In this document: positions 27,513 to 41,470 of the stretch, piece by piece
How the letters are laid out: every line of letters begins with the position of its first letter
Position numbering within the stretch: position 1 is the first letter of the stretch
NCBI GenBank assembly: GCA_012295275.1
Contig: CM022665.1
Coordinates: 40,176,001-40,240,000 of the forward strand
Length of the DNA: 64,000 nt
Source of the DNA: Chrysomallon squamiferum
Taxonomy: Eukaryota > Animalia > Mollusca
Direction: 5' to 3'
Program-made: the position numbers and the translations under genes
The notes under the pieces: generated by a model
The model's input: only the letters and a program-made list of their open reading frames with translations
Databases searched by the model: none
Told to the model about the DNA's origin: nothing

Positions 27513-29307
27513 TTTCTGTTTTCCAGGCAGCCCAAGCACAAAAATCAGACACTGCCTCTGACTATGAAACTCAAGCCCCAACAAATGTTGAAGGTCAACA
27601 GTATGTTGATTCCAAATCTTACATTGTGTTAGAAATTGCTCTGACAAGGCCACTAGTACCCAAACGACCTCCAGAGGAATTAGCTAAAAGGTACATTTTA
27701 GACCATTTGGACTCATAAAATTTTATCTATATATATATATATATATATACATATATGAATGCTACTGTTGTACAGTAATTTATATGTAAATTTTAATTGT
27801 TGTATTGTCTATAAATGATAGGTATTAATTTATCTACATGGATAGAAATAATTTGTATATAAATTTTATTGTTTATACTTTCTGTTGAATTTGTCTATAT
27901 GATCCATTTTATCTTTGAGCTTTAATCAAGAAGATATGTGTTTATCTATTTACTTGCTTAAAAGTGTATTATTACTTCTTTTATTTATTCTCTTTATTTA
28001 TTTATTTTTTTTGGTTTTAGTTGTTTATTCAATCATTACAAAGTATTGCCCGTTTTTGAAAAGCCTTAACTTTTTAATTTTTAAAAAATATTTTTGGCTT
28101 GAAATTGTTTTACGATGTGTTTTTCTTAACGAAAAGAAAAGAAAAGAAAGATCTGTAGATTATTATTTATAATAATTATGCCTAAATCATTTTGGGTATT
28201 GGATTTATCAGTTTGCACTTTATTTCCTCAAGATAAATATTTACTATATTTATTCATTTAATTGTTTATTAGTTTATAATTGATGTTTTTGTTTTGTTCA
28301 GAGTTGCTGAGTACATTCCACCCAGACCTCTGTTTCCTAAAAGAACTGATGGAGCAGCCAGGGTAAAAATTATATTTTTAAAATTCTAAACCAAAAAGAA
28401 TCATCTCTCATTTTAGTTATTTTTAATCTTCTTTTTAACATATGGTTAAAAATTTTAAGATTAATTTCTTTTTTTACACTCACCTATAACAGATTATCTC
28501 TCTCACTCTCAATTTTTTTTTCTCTCTCTCTTGCTATATATATATATATGTTTATCTGTCTTTCTCTCTGTCTCTCTGTACGTCATTTTTTTCCCTGAAA
28601 GACATTAAAGAAGAAGCTACATTATTATTATTTTTTTTTTTTTTTTTTAAATAGGTCATTTGGTGAAAAAAATTAGAATTAGCATAAAACAATGTTTTTT
28701 GTTAATATTATTATGATTATGATTGTTGTTGTTGTTGTTTGTGCAGTATTTATAATCATTTTTATTTACAACAGGCAGTAGAGGACTACCATAATCAAGT
28801 AGCCACTGTAGCTAATCTGATTCTTGATGAATTCAGGTATTATTAATTATTTAATATTCCTTTTTAACTTACAAAACATTATTTTGTTTAATCATAAATA
28901 CAATGGGGGAAAAAATGTTCCTGTTAACTTAGTTAAATGCATTATATTTAAAAGAAATTATGTAGTTACATTTAATAACAGTTTTATGGGTCGTTTGTCT
29001 CTCTCATTTGTGTTTTGTGTAATAAAATGTGTGTTTGTTGTTTTATTATGTGGTTTTAATTTTGTGTGTGTTTTCTTTTTACTCAGAGAAATGTTTTCGG
29101 AAGAGCTCAAAGAAAGTGGGACAGATAAACCAGATGTAATGGAATGCAGGTATGATGTTATAAAATAATTATTTTGTCAAAGTTTCTTAGTAAATATAAA
29201 TGCTGTGAAAACAGTAGAAAGTGTTGAACACTGATATCAAGATACATAAACAGTATATTTATTCTATAATTTTGTTAATCTATTAAATTATTCTTTAAAT
29301 TATTATT

Positions 29308-29343
<36 letters not shown>

Positions 29344-29716
29344 TTTTTTTATTTTTTTTTTTTTAAAATTTTTATGATTTTAAAAAAAAATGTTTCTAAG
29401 CTTTTTTATTTCACATGTGCCAAACTATCAGAGCCAGTCTATATTGTTCTGTTTTTTTTCCCTAAAGTATTATTATTTTCTTTTAATATTATTTTTATTA
29501 CTTGTTCTTGTTTTTAGGAGACAAAAACTGATCTATCAGCTCAATTCATCAGGAAAATACTTTGCATTCAAAGAACAACTTAAGCACTCTGTTGTTAAAA
29601 TTGTGAGAGAAAAATACTTAAAAACAAGCAAGTTTGAAGATCGTCAGGAATTTCAGGTGAGTTATTTTACACACTGATAATTTATTAATTATTAATTTAT
29701 GTAATGATTTTGTTAA

Positions 29717-29751
<35 letters not shown>

Positions 29752-30044
29752 TTCTGGGAGTGTGTGTTGTTACTTTTTTTAGGAGTATTATGAGAACTAT
29801 TTATTGCATACATACACCAGATATTATACCAAAACACAAATTCCAAACATAAAATGCATATAAAATGTAAATTCATATAAAAACACGTTTGCTCAAAAAT
29901 ATATCTTAACTGTGATGTATTTTTCCTAGATCCTTAGATACATAAATATTTTATTAGATTAAAAACATGTGTATGTGTATATCTATGTGTGTGTGTCTGT
30001 ATATGTGCACATATGTCTGTGTGTGTGTCTCTGGGTGTGTCTCT

Positions 30045-30083
<39 letters not shown>

Positions 30084-30828
30084 TCTTTCACACTTATTTT
30101 TAAGCACATGTAAGCCTTTACACAGACAATTATTTTCAATACAAAGTGTTTCTTTTTTTTCCACAGACTTTTCTAAGTGAGCTGTATGTCTACCTCATAG
30201 ATCAGATGCATGTATCTTTGAGCAACATGCTTGCACTTGAAGACCAACCCCCCATTCCTAGACCTCTCACAGACTCCGCCCAACTCAAACATTTTGCTAG
30301 AGAGGCAGAAGTCAATGAAAACTTTGACCTTGCCGAGAAATACTACCAGGAAGTAAGAATAGTTTTTAAAAATTAATTTTAGTTTGAATGATTTATAGTT
30401 CAAAAATTTCAAATCATTAATTTTGGGTTAAAAATCAGAATGCTGTTGTCAAGAAATAAAAAGTAAGAATAATTAAAATATCATCTTTTAGTCTGAATGT
30501 ATTATCATTTAATAATATTGAATTAGTTAATGATCTGATGATTATTAGCATCAAATGTGAAAATAGCATAAGTAAGGTGTAGTATAAAATTTTGGCAACA
30601 ATAGAAAAAATATGTTATAAATTTATTTTTTAATTTTTTTTTATTATTATTATTTTTTAAATTGATCTAGAGTTATATATAAATGTCAATTTCATTTCTA
30701 GAAATTGTTTGGTTATTGTGTTTACTTGTGGGGTGTTGTTGTTTTGGGGGGTTTTGTTTTGTTGTTGTTGATTTTTTAATATTTTTTAAACATGATTTTA
30801 TTTTATTCTTATTTTAAAGTTTTAAATG

Positions 30829-30869
<41 letters not shown>

Positions 30870-31521
30870 TTACAATAATAAATAATAATAGTAATAATAA
30901 CAATAATAACAACAACAATAATAATGATAAAAATAATAATAATAACAATAATAATAATGTTTCAGAGAATTGCCAGAGACAAACTGGAGGCAGACAATTG
31001 GTTTGACTATGGAACATTTTGTCTGTATGTCAATGATGTCACAAAGGTAAGCACTGTATTCATTAAAATGTGATAATTATTACTAAAAGTAATTATTTAA
31101 AAAAAAAAAAAAATAAAAATAGTATATTAAATCTTTTAAGCATTCATATGTTTAAAATTAACAATTTTGAGTTCAGACCAGTTCTTCTGCTTATTATCAA
31201 AGATTATGATTAATGGTTTTCAGTTTATGAGAAGGCCCTTATGAAAGACTATTTACTGCTGATAAATATTAATTGTATTTAGGAATGGCATCAAAATGTT
31301 TGAATTAAAGTAACTTAAAGTTTAAATGTATTGTAATTCATAGATGTTTTCTTAACAGGCTGAGCAGTGTTTTAAGGAATGCATTGCTCTGAACCAAAAA
31401 CATCTCCAAGGGTAAGAGACCTTAGTTACACACACACACACAAATATATATACTATATCTTGTCAGGATAATATTTATGATAATAATAATAGTAACAACA
31501 ACAGCAATAATAATGATGATG

Positions 31522-31571
<50 letters not shown>

Positions 31572-34099
31572 CCAGTTACATGAAATAGCATCATCATAAA
31601 AATAATAATTGAGTTAATAAAATAATATTTCAGATGGAGAAAGAAAAAGAAAATAAAGTAGATGATATTAAAAAGTAAAATTTAGAAACACAACAAGATA
31701 TATTTAAAAAAGAAGTTTTTGAAATAGTATTTTTTGTATTTTTAGTATAAATAGTATTAGTGATGCTCTTAAAACTTAAGATTAATTTACATCCATACCT
31801 ACACACTGATACCTTCAAATGTATATGCAAGTAATAACAATTTATAAATAAATTTGAAACTGTTACATCTGTGTATTGCAGACTTCCTGCTGTTTGGAGT
31901 TGTCTGCACTTTGACTGAGAAAAATGAAGTAGCAGAAACATTTTTCGAGGCAGCCACCTGTGTGAATCCTAAAAGCATTCTGGCTTGGACAATGTTAGGT
32001 ATGGAATCATGGGAAAAATTCATTTTACAATGTAACAGAAATCAAACTATAGTACTATAAAATGTTTTAGTTTTACTGAAGAATTAAACTGAAGTGGATC
32101 TTTTGTGGTCTGATCTAAATAATCAATAAGTGTGTTTTGTTTATCTCAAGGATAATTTTTGTCTTTGTTTTTGGTGGTTATTTTTATATCTGTTGACGAT
32201 CACCTGACTTTGCTGATAATGAAGATGATGATAAAACCACTATTTCATGAAGATGGAGGCAGACTAACATTTTGTCTCTTTTTATATGTTCATGTCACTT
32301 CATATTGTACAGAAATGCAAAACAATCCTTGAGGAAAATGGCACAGAATTTTTTTATTTAATATTTTTATCTGTAATATAATTTATCAATGAAATGGTAA
32401 ATTTAATTTTCCTTGTTATCTTCAAGTTATTTTATTACTGACTAAGGTTGGTTATCACTTTAAACAAAACAATAATCTAGAAGGATTGAGAGAATGTATT
32501 CAGCATTTTTATAAATAATACAACCAGGATACTGTAAAGAATATTTTTAAAATTTTGACAATAAGATTTGTCTTTAATAGAGATAACTAGGATTATACTA
32601 AGCAATGAAATATTGATAGAAAAATGATTTATCTATGACTAAATACCTCTGTTTGTTTTCTTTATTTTTTTCTTTATTTTTTAATTATACCAAATGCTGG
32701 ATGTTCTTCAGTTTCATACACTCACACTCACACACACACACACATATAAACACACACACTATAATGGATGCCTAATGAAACTGATGCTGAATTGGCTAAT
32801 CTCAGATTGCTGTTTTTATCTCTGTCTGTTACTTGCATACAGGATTATACTATGAAGGAGTCAGCAATGAAATTGGTGCAGAGATGGCCTACCTGGAAGC
32901 CCACAAGTTAAACAATATGGCCGCTCTCAATGCGTCGAAAGATCTGAAAGAAGAAGAACAGGATGATAAGAAAGAAGCTTCTCTAAGTTCAGCAGAACCT
33001 TTGGGTGATACAGAAACAAGTCAAGGTTATTTAGAAGTTTTTGAAATTATTTGCATATTTTAATATTTTTAAGTATATATTTAGATTTCAAAATGTTTAA
33101 TTTTAAAGTTGTGTTTGTCAGGGTTTTTTGTAAGATTTACAGCTCAAGTGCACAAGAGAGAAATAGATTATAAGTTATGAATTAGAACAGTACTTAGAAA
33201 TTATTATTATTGTTGTTATTATTTTTTTGTATCTCAATATTCATGATTAATTTTATTTTTCACTTTTTAAATTTTTAAATGCATATTAAAAAAAAAAAAG
33301 ATAATAATTTCTTAAATATTAACCATTTTTATTACTTTTTGGAAATGTTTCTTATACAAATTTATTATTATTATCATTTATGGACACTTTTCTAATTCCA
33401 CATTTAATAATTTTTTAACTTTTTAACATTTCTTCTCTCAAGAACTGAAATGCTTTTGTTTTATTTATTTTTATTTATTTATTTTTTTATTTTTTTAAAT
33501 TGGAACCATGGTTTGTATTATTTTTTCAAAAATGTCCCTTTCTGTTTGTTTTCAACAGATGAACAAGACCTGGTTGCATCTGAAGGGGGTCTCTCTGTCC
33601 CAGGACACATAACTGATGCAGCACTAACACCAACCAGCGCTGCCAATTCTGCCAAATCATCTGGCCGATATGGAGAGAAAAGATCATCTGTGATTAAAAA
33701 TAAAGGTGAGTAATTTAAATGTAATTTTTATGACAAATATAGTAAAAACTAAAAAAAAAAAAAAAAAAATAACAGTAATAATAATAATAATAATAATCAT
33801 GATTATGATGATGATGATGATGATTAGGGAAATAATATTAATTGTAATGTTAATGATAATGATAATTACATTAATAATTAAAATATTTTTAACTAAAATA
33901 ATGATGATATAATAATCCAAATATTTATAATGATGATAACAGTAATGATAATAACAATCAAAATATATATAATGATGACAATAATGATAGTAATAATCAA
34001 AATATTTCTAATGGTAATGATATTAAAAATTATAATATTATATAAAATAAAAGACTAGAAGATAGAGTAGTAAATGAAGAAAGAGAAAGTGTGTTTATG

Positions 34100-34136
<37 letters not shown>

Positions 34137-37100
34137 ATTTGTATGAGATGATACCAATGTTCATATGTTTAAATAATAACTGTATGAAAATACTAATCTT
34201 TATTTTTCATTGAAATCTGAATTTTATTAATTATATTAAAATGACTGTTTTGATTTATTCTTTTCTTTTGCTTTTTTTATTATTATTATCAATTAGGGAC
34301 ATTCTGTAAGATATTTTACTTTATATTCTTTTTTTGTTTAATTAACCTGTCTTTTATGTTAAATAAAATTCATTAGTAACTGACAAGACATTTCAGTAAG
34401 ATTTGTTCACTTAATAGTCATTATTATTATTATTATTATAAATTTTTATTTATTTATTTAGTTATTATTTTTTAAATTATTTCTTTTAATATCTTGGAAC
34501 ATAAAGAAAATGTTTTAATTTTACAGGCAATACAAATCACTTTATCAGCCTGGCCTGTAAAGTAATAAACAATATAAAACAGAGTAAAACTGCTAAAATG
34601 TCATGTCTTTTACTAAAATTTAATTATTACTTTATTTGTTTATAAACAGTTCATTTAGACATATATGGTTATTTCCTTCACCTTGACAATTATTGTTTCT
34701 TTTTATGACTGTATGGTTAACATCATGTTATCTTTTTCAAATCAGTTTCATGGTTGTCACTGTTTGAGTGGCTCATTTCATAATATTTTTTTTGTTTTTA
34801 ATACATGCAATAAATCTTCTCTCCAAATGTTGTTATGCACTAATATATAATTTTTTGTTTATAACAAGAGTTTTAATTTGTCTTTAATTTTGATAAAACA
34901 GTTTCATTTCTCATTGTTTTTTTGGTTTTTGTTTTCTTTATTCATTTTTGTTTTGTACTTAACTTGATGTATAAGTATGATCTTATAAGTCTAAATGTCA
35001 AAAAAAGAAAAAGGAATTTATATTGTACTAAATATAAATTGATCTGTGTTCTTAGTCAGTCAAAACAAAAGAGCTAAATACAAAATAAAATTAAGTTATT
35101 TTTACAAAAAGTAATAGGAACTGTGTTGAAAGATCAGTTGTATTTTCATAGTAGACAACAACTGATCACAAAATTAATCCTTACTGGGCTGTTGTTTATC
35201 CCAGCCTGTGCAAATTTTACTGGATGTGAGAAGGAGCATAAAAATCTTTTCTTGATGCTAAGAATTAAATGTCATCCATGGAATGAAAGCAACAATTTCT
35301 AATAAAAAAATAAAAAATAAAAAATAACAAAAATTTATGATTCACACCAAATAACCATAATACCTAGCAGACATTATCAAAATCTGTATGTTGGCTTACT
35401 CTCCAAGTATATGTAACCAAGCTGGACAATTGTGAACCTCAGTATTCTGAAGACTTGTCATGCAGTACAAGTAATTCTTTGTGCACAGGGCATAGGTTTT
35501 GAAATATTACATTACTCTGCATATTTTAAAAAGCATAAATGACTGATCTTTGATGACATACATTTTCAGTTTTCTGGCACTGTGATTATTATAATTTTAT
35601 TCTATTTACCAAAAAAAGAAAGAAACAGTAATACAAAAGAGTTACTTTTAGAACTGAAATTCTGTTTTAAGATTAGTAATGTTTCACATAGCCCATTTTA
35701 AGATCAGCAATGTTTCTCATAGCTAGAAACATGTTTCACATACCTTGCTATATTTTTACATAACATGCTATTTTGTTTTATTCCACAGTGCCACCAGCAG
35801 TACCAAAAATAAAAGAACCACTAAAGGATCTAGGGAAGCTTCCTACAAAGGAACTAATTAAGGATGTCATCACTCCTGCTCATTTATCAAGGCCAAACAG
35901 TCAACATGAACAGAAGTCTGAGAGTCAGAGAGAAACACCTCAGAATACTGAAGAAAATATTCCAGCACCCTCTGCAGATATGCCACAAAGGGAGGTCACT
36001 CCCATACCAACCAACAGCATTTATATGCAGGCTGTTGATTGGTTGTTGGAAGTGAAGGCTGTTCCAGTGAGTTGAATTTGATTATTAAGTTGCATGCTCT
36101 TATACTGCATCATATATTTTATTTTTGGACTTAACTGTGATTAAATTTAATGTTAGTTCATATGGAAGAAGGTTAAGAATCCAGAGACTGAAGATAATCA
36201 TAAAAGTATTGTCATAAGATGATGTACATCTACACTTAAAAAAACACCAAAACAACAAATTAACAACACATTCATTTGATCATGTACAGAAGATTAATAT
36301 ATCTTTGACAATTCATAAAAATAAAATTTTAAAATGTTAAAAGTTAAAAAAATATATTTTGATAATGTTTTCATCTACATAAAAAATATTCATTTTCTTG
36401 TACATAAATATATTCATTTTTCTTTGATCATAAAAATATTCATTTTTCTTGTATACAAAAAAAAAATATTTTCATTTTCTTTTTTTAAATATAAAATGTT
36501 CATTATCTTGTACATAAAAATATTCATGTTCTTGTATACAAGAATAGTTTGAAATGTAATTAAGCCTGTTCATCCATTAATTATCAAACACACGATGTTG
36601 TTTGTAGTTCACAGAAAGAGCTTTGGCCCATGAACTGCTGACTCCAACTGGAGGACCAACTGCAACATACCACATTGCACTTGCTCGACTTATGATTCAG
36701 AAGAGAGAATTTGAAGAAGCAGAAAAAAGCCTTTCTGAGGCCCTTATGATTGATTATCAGGTAAATAAATACAAACTGATATGTTATTCAAAGATGGATA
36801 ATGAAATAAATTCAGGACATACCCAGCCATATCTATATATGTAGATTTATACAATAGTAATTATGTGACATCCTGTGTGTTTTTAGTAAATGTGTCATTG
36901 TTGTTTTTGTTGTTGTCACTATTATTTTTTTCTTTATACTATTATCTTTATTATTAATGTATTATTACTTTAAATATACTAAAATATCAAAATTTACAAA
37001 AATTAATTTAATAACTTCTTCTGTTAACATTTAAATCAAATTCATAATGGCTGACTTTTCTGTATTTTTATTTAAGCATATAATTCGTAGTTCATTACAG

Positions 37101-38137
37101 TTATTCTTTCATTCTTCTTTTTTTTTTTTTTCCTGAAAATTTAAATATATATATATATATATATATATTTGTTTTTGTTTTTTCAGAACCCTGATGGCTG
37201 GGCACTAAAAGGACATGTGAAATATCTAATTGGAGATTTGGCTGCTGCTCGAGATTGCTATGAAAGAGTTCTAGCATTCATTTCAGATGCTTCTGAAATG
37301 CATTCCATATATCTACGTCTTGCTTCAATTTACCTTCAAGAATTGAGGGTAAGTCAGTCAGTGAAAATAAGATGGGTTTTTCTTTGTTTTTGTTTTTTTA
37401 TTATTATTTTTATCTGTAAAATATGTATATACTATTCTTTTTTTAATAATTAAAAAAAAAGACAAAAAAGAATTAAAATCTGTTTTTAAATTCTCTTTTT
37501 ATTACAGAACCATTTCTGTTACGTATATTTTTCTTCTAGATGAATGAATCATTTTTTTTCAGTTTATTATTATTCTTTTTTTTTTTTTTCATTCTGCTTA
37601 AGATTTTTAATACTTTGAATAGTGTTTCTTTAATTATTAATTATTATTATACTTTTTTTTTTTAAATTACAGTATCAGGAAGCCAAGAACATATTCCTGA
37701 TGGCTTGCAGACGATCTCCTTCATGTGTCTCCTGGCTTGGAGTTGGAATAGCTTGTTTCAGAGTAAGTTTTTCAACAGATATTTATTTGTGCAGACAACA
37801 TTTAAAATTAAAATCAGATGCTTTAATTGGGTTCTAGATAATTTCCATAATAAATTAAAGGAAATAAATTCTAGTGAAAATTTTCGGACAAATAGACCAT
37901 GTATGGATATGAAATGTATATGTATAATTGTATGCTGAATTTTGAATATAATTTGTCGAGTGTTATTTATTTTTTTTTTTTTTTTTCATTTCATTTTTTT
38001 AGCTGAAGAAAATCAAACATTTGAACAAATTATATTTAAAATAGGTTAAAAATTTAAGAAAAAAACTAAACAAACATTATAATTAGCAGTAAAATATTTT
38101 AAATAGAATTATTTTCACACTTTAAAATGTGAAAACA

Positions 38138-38178
<41 letters not shown>

Positions 38179-39114
38179 ACACACAAAGAACACAAACATA
38201 TATAAATATATATATTTTTAAGATTTAAAATTAATGGCATTTATTATTTTTTGCAGCTTGGAGAACTCTCAGAGGCAGAAGATGCTCTGTCTGAAGCTAA
38301 CATTTTGAATAACAATGACCCTGAAGTGTGGGGATACCTTTCTCTTGTTTGTCTCAACACTGGAAGACAGCTAGAAGCTGAACAAGCTTATAAATATGCT
38401 CTGAAGGTGAACAAATTATCTATTTATTTATTTATTTAATTATTTATTTAATTGTTATTGTTATTATTATCATTTTCTTTTTCTTTTTCCTTTATTTATT
38501 TATTTATTTATTTATATATTTATTTATATATTTATTTATCTATTTAAATGCTTGTTTCATTTTATTTTTTACTTTTTGCAGATGCTATTATCTCAGTACT
38601 TCATCATAATAATAATCAACTTATCATTTTAACAAACTAACCTCAGTGTTGTTTATAACTGACTTTTGAAGTATAAACATTTTTCATCATTATTACAAAA
38701 AAAAAAAAAAAAAAAAAAACAGAGCCTGCTTGTTATCAAAATATTTTGTCAAATAACATTAAATAATCACCTCCCTGTGTTTTGGCTCATGTAACAGAGA
38801 TCAGTTTACTTAATAAATATGAAAATTACCTACTTGTTGGTGTTTACCAAAAAGCTAGACTTTTATTACTTCACTTAAATTGATTTTGTTTTCACTGTTT
38901 TGATGAGGTAGTTTATCTTGACCCACCATTTCCTGCAATAATTATTTTTATTACTACTATTTTGTTATTGTTGTTGTTGCTATTGTTATTACTTTTATAG
39001 TATTATTATTATTATTATATTTTTTCATTTCAGCTTAATCTGGATTGTGAAGATCTCATACAAGAGATCAAGAAAAAACAAGAAGAAGTTGGATTTGGAA
39101 ATCCACAGTTTTGA
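12267..39114 (+). CDS. CFAP70: Cilia- and flagella-associated protein 70 (TTC18; C-terminal TPR repeats), 28 core coding exons, ~1140 aa, with one apparent frameshift
   Basis: Exons 12267-12341, 12644-12830, 13263-13361, 13679-13761, 14297-14476, 15344-15471, 16392-16541, 17310-17394, 20067-20139, 20790-20851, 21871-22002, 27527-27690, 28302-28362, 28775-28836, 29087-29149, 29518-29656, 30167-30352, 30966-31046, 31359-31411, 31882-31998, 32843-33025, 33559-33705, 35789-36066, 36608-36760, 37187-37348, 37673-37762, 38257-38406, 39034-39114. All are GT-AG with compatible phases except 31882-31998. Recognised motifs: [106 protein letters not shown] and terminal VGFGNPQF*. Confidence 0.93.
14912..15011. 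repeat. Short tandem repeat, ~44-bp unit
   Basis: TAGTCA(G)AAATAAATTTG(T/G)GGTTTAAGTGTTTAA..TTTGTTA repeated about 2.3 times. Confidence 0.7.
15490..15676. repeat. (ATT)n/(AAT)n compound microsatellite, representative of dozens of intronic copies
   Basis: Directly visible. Similar tracts at ~12205, 19545, 19665, 22084, 25540, 30830, 31520, 47730, 48785, 56400 and 60547. Confidence 0.95.
15820..16016 (-). mobile_element. 5'-truncated RTE-clade LINE remnant (3' end)
   Basis: Minus strand reads [22 protein letters not shown]/(frameshift)/[23 protein letters not shown], the typical RTE ORF C-terminus (AQDR..WR..V..LC). It is followed directly by a (TAAG)n-type tail, seen as TTAC repeats at ~15820-15882 on plus. 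Confidence 0.75.
35170..35390 (+). mobile_element. Highly decayed tRNA-derived SINE-like copy (other possible copies at ~19800-19925 +, ~51040-51130 +, ~45825-45990 -)
   Basis: Degenerate blocks TGGGCT..T..CCAGCC.GTGC, GCATAAAAATCTTTTCTTGATGCTAA and (51063) TAAAGAGACCTTTTTGCTGATTG...AGTGGGGTTTCTACTC. These resemble, from memory, the ATAAAAGATCCCTTGCTGCTAAT...GCGGGTTTCCTCT core of mollusc SINEs. Not aligned computationally. Confidence 0.4.
36375..36540. repeat. AT-rich minisatellite, ~24-27-bp unit
   Basis: About six copies of AAAAATATTCATTTTCTTGTACAT with variants; the source of spurious ORF 36334-36552. Confidence 0.75.
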
Positions 39115-40791
39115 ACAACCAGATTCCAACAATAACTGTGAACATTATTAACATTTATGATTATGTGTAAAATATCGTTAAAATGTATATCAGTATTTGA
39201 TCATTAAAATGTAACTTATTTGTAAGCCAAAAATACAGATGAAATGATTATATCATATTGAAAGAATGAAAAATGTTTTTAGCAAAGATAAATAGGCTGG
39301 GAATTAAAAAAATAAAATAAAATTATATATTGTATGCATTCTCTCTCGCACACAAGCTTTTTTTTTTCCATTTTAATATTAATAAACTTTCATAATTTGA
39401 AAAAGAAATTATTTATTTTATTTTTATTTTATTTTATTTTTTTTAAATTCTTCAGATTGGATGTTGCATCTATTTTTATATGCAAACTGAAAAAAAAAAA
39501 TTGGTATTCAACTGAATTAATATAAATGTCTGATTTTATTGTACAATTTTATTGTCAATTTTTTTTTTCTTTTAATCATATAGATGTGCCTGAAAACCAA
39601 ACTGAATGTACAACTGTTGTACATATAACATTTGAAACAAAAACTGTGATATATTTATTTTATTAAATGAAATGTACATTAATATATAATGTATCATGTA
39701 TATAAGATTACTTAAAGCCATTTCTGTTGCTAATAACAGAAGTCAGTACAATTATGATGTTTGTACCAAACAGAACTTTAGTATAAAGTATGAAATTAAA
39801 ATCATTGAAAAACTAATTGTTTCTTTTATGTTAAAACTATTTGTCACTAAGTCCAGATGTTAAAGAGTGGAAAAACAGAATTTAGGATTTTTTTTTGTAG
39901 ACATATACAAATATATATTTTTTTTATATATTATTTTATATATGGAAAACAGCAGTACTACCACTGATGTTTGAAATTTTGACCTGTTAGTTACATTTGT
40001 CTTAGACAAAAAATACACACAGACAAATTCTCTCTCTCCCCTTTCCTCCATCTCCCCCTTTTTCTTTCTCTCTCTCGTACCACTAAAATATAATTTATGA
40101 AAATACACAAAGTCCATAGTATTTGATATTTTATGACAATTAAAAAAAAAAAAAAAAAGAAAGAATTTCTTTAAATACTATAGTTTGTTTTATGCAAATA
40201 AATATAAATTTGAAACTTGATGTAATTACTTTACAGAAAACAGTATTTTTATCCATTTTCATCCCCAAAGAGTATGAAGAAGCAATCTTATTGCATTTTA
40301 TTTATTTATTGTATTTATTCATTTGTTTTTATTTATTTAGTTACATGGAACAATAATAATAGTAAAAGAATTTTAAACAAAGACAGAATATAAATACTAC
40401 ACTTTGCTACTGGATATTTTGACACCTGAAAAACATTTTTTTTTTAATTTTTATAATGTATACATTATAAAATATAAAATGCTATAGCACTATGATATAA
40501 TAAATGGCCACAATCACAAAACAGCACCTAAGCCTATAGCATTGCATTTCAATACACAAATAACATATAAGCCTATTACATTATAATTAACGAGAAAAAA
40601 GAAAAGAAAAAAAGAAGAAGAACCTGACACAGGTTTCACGGTATAGATCTAATCATTTCGTTTCATGAATAGCATTACTGTTTATAACACTCTCACATGC
40701 ATGCAGCATTGGTCGATATTTGTTATCTATTTCTTAATATCATTTATTTTATTTTATTAAGTTATAAACTGTTCTCGTTTCCAGAAATAGA

Positions 40792-41141
40792 TTAATCGTC
40801 TGCTACAACCGCCACGTTTTCTTGGCCAGTAATCACAACCGGGTGAGTGGTCGTTTTCATGTGATCTTTTTCTATGTTGTCAACGGCGTAGAGTCTGTTG
40901 TGGTCTGGGTGTACGTAGAAGCCGGAGGGGTAGTATTTCTCTGGTCGGAAGACGGGTTTGTTGATGGTGGCAATAAGCAAGATGAGGAAGCCAATCAAAT
41001 CGAAGCCCGCACCGATGATGGAAACGATAAGACACCAGCTGACCTTGGTATTGTCATTTTTACCAACCTCAACTCCGTAGATGGCCACACCAATTGCATT
41101 ACACAGAACTGGAATAAATAGATAGAGAAATGTATTATTTA

Positions 41142-41186
<45 letters not shown>

Positions 41187-41437
41187 TACACCTAGAAGTC
41201 AACAATGAAAAGGGAATTGATTATGTTAAGGTTTGTTGGGGTTTTTTGTTTAGTGGTTTTTTTTTGGTTTTTTCAAGTCCTCTTGAGAGACATACACTAC
41301 ACAAGTTTTGATAAACCGTAGAGTGCTTATTAAGAAGAAAGAAAGAAAAAAAGTACACAAGTACAGTACCCAAAGAAGTACTGATCCCTTACACCCTTTG
41401 AAACCACTGAACCACAGCCCATTTCTTCAGCACATGC

Positions 41438-41470
<33 letters not shown>

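Noticed and set aside
36375-36540. Regularly spaced ~25-bp repeats as a possible CRISPR-like array
   Set aside because: Head-to-tail degenerate units with no unique spacers, no cas genes, in a eukaryotic intron.
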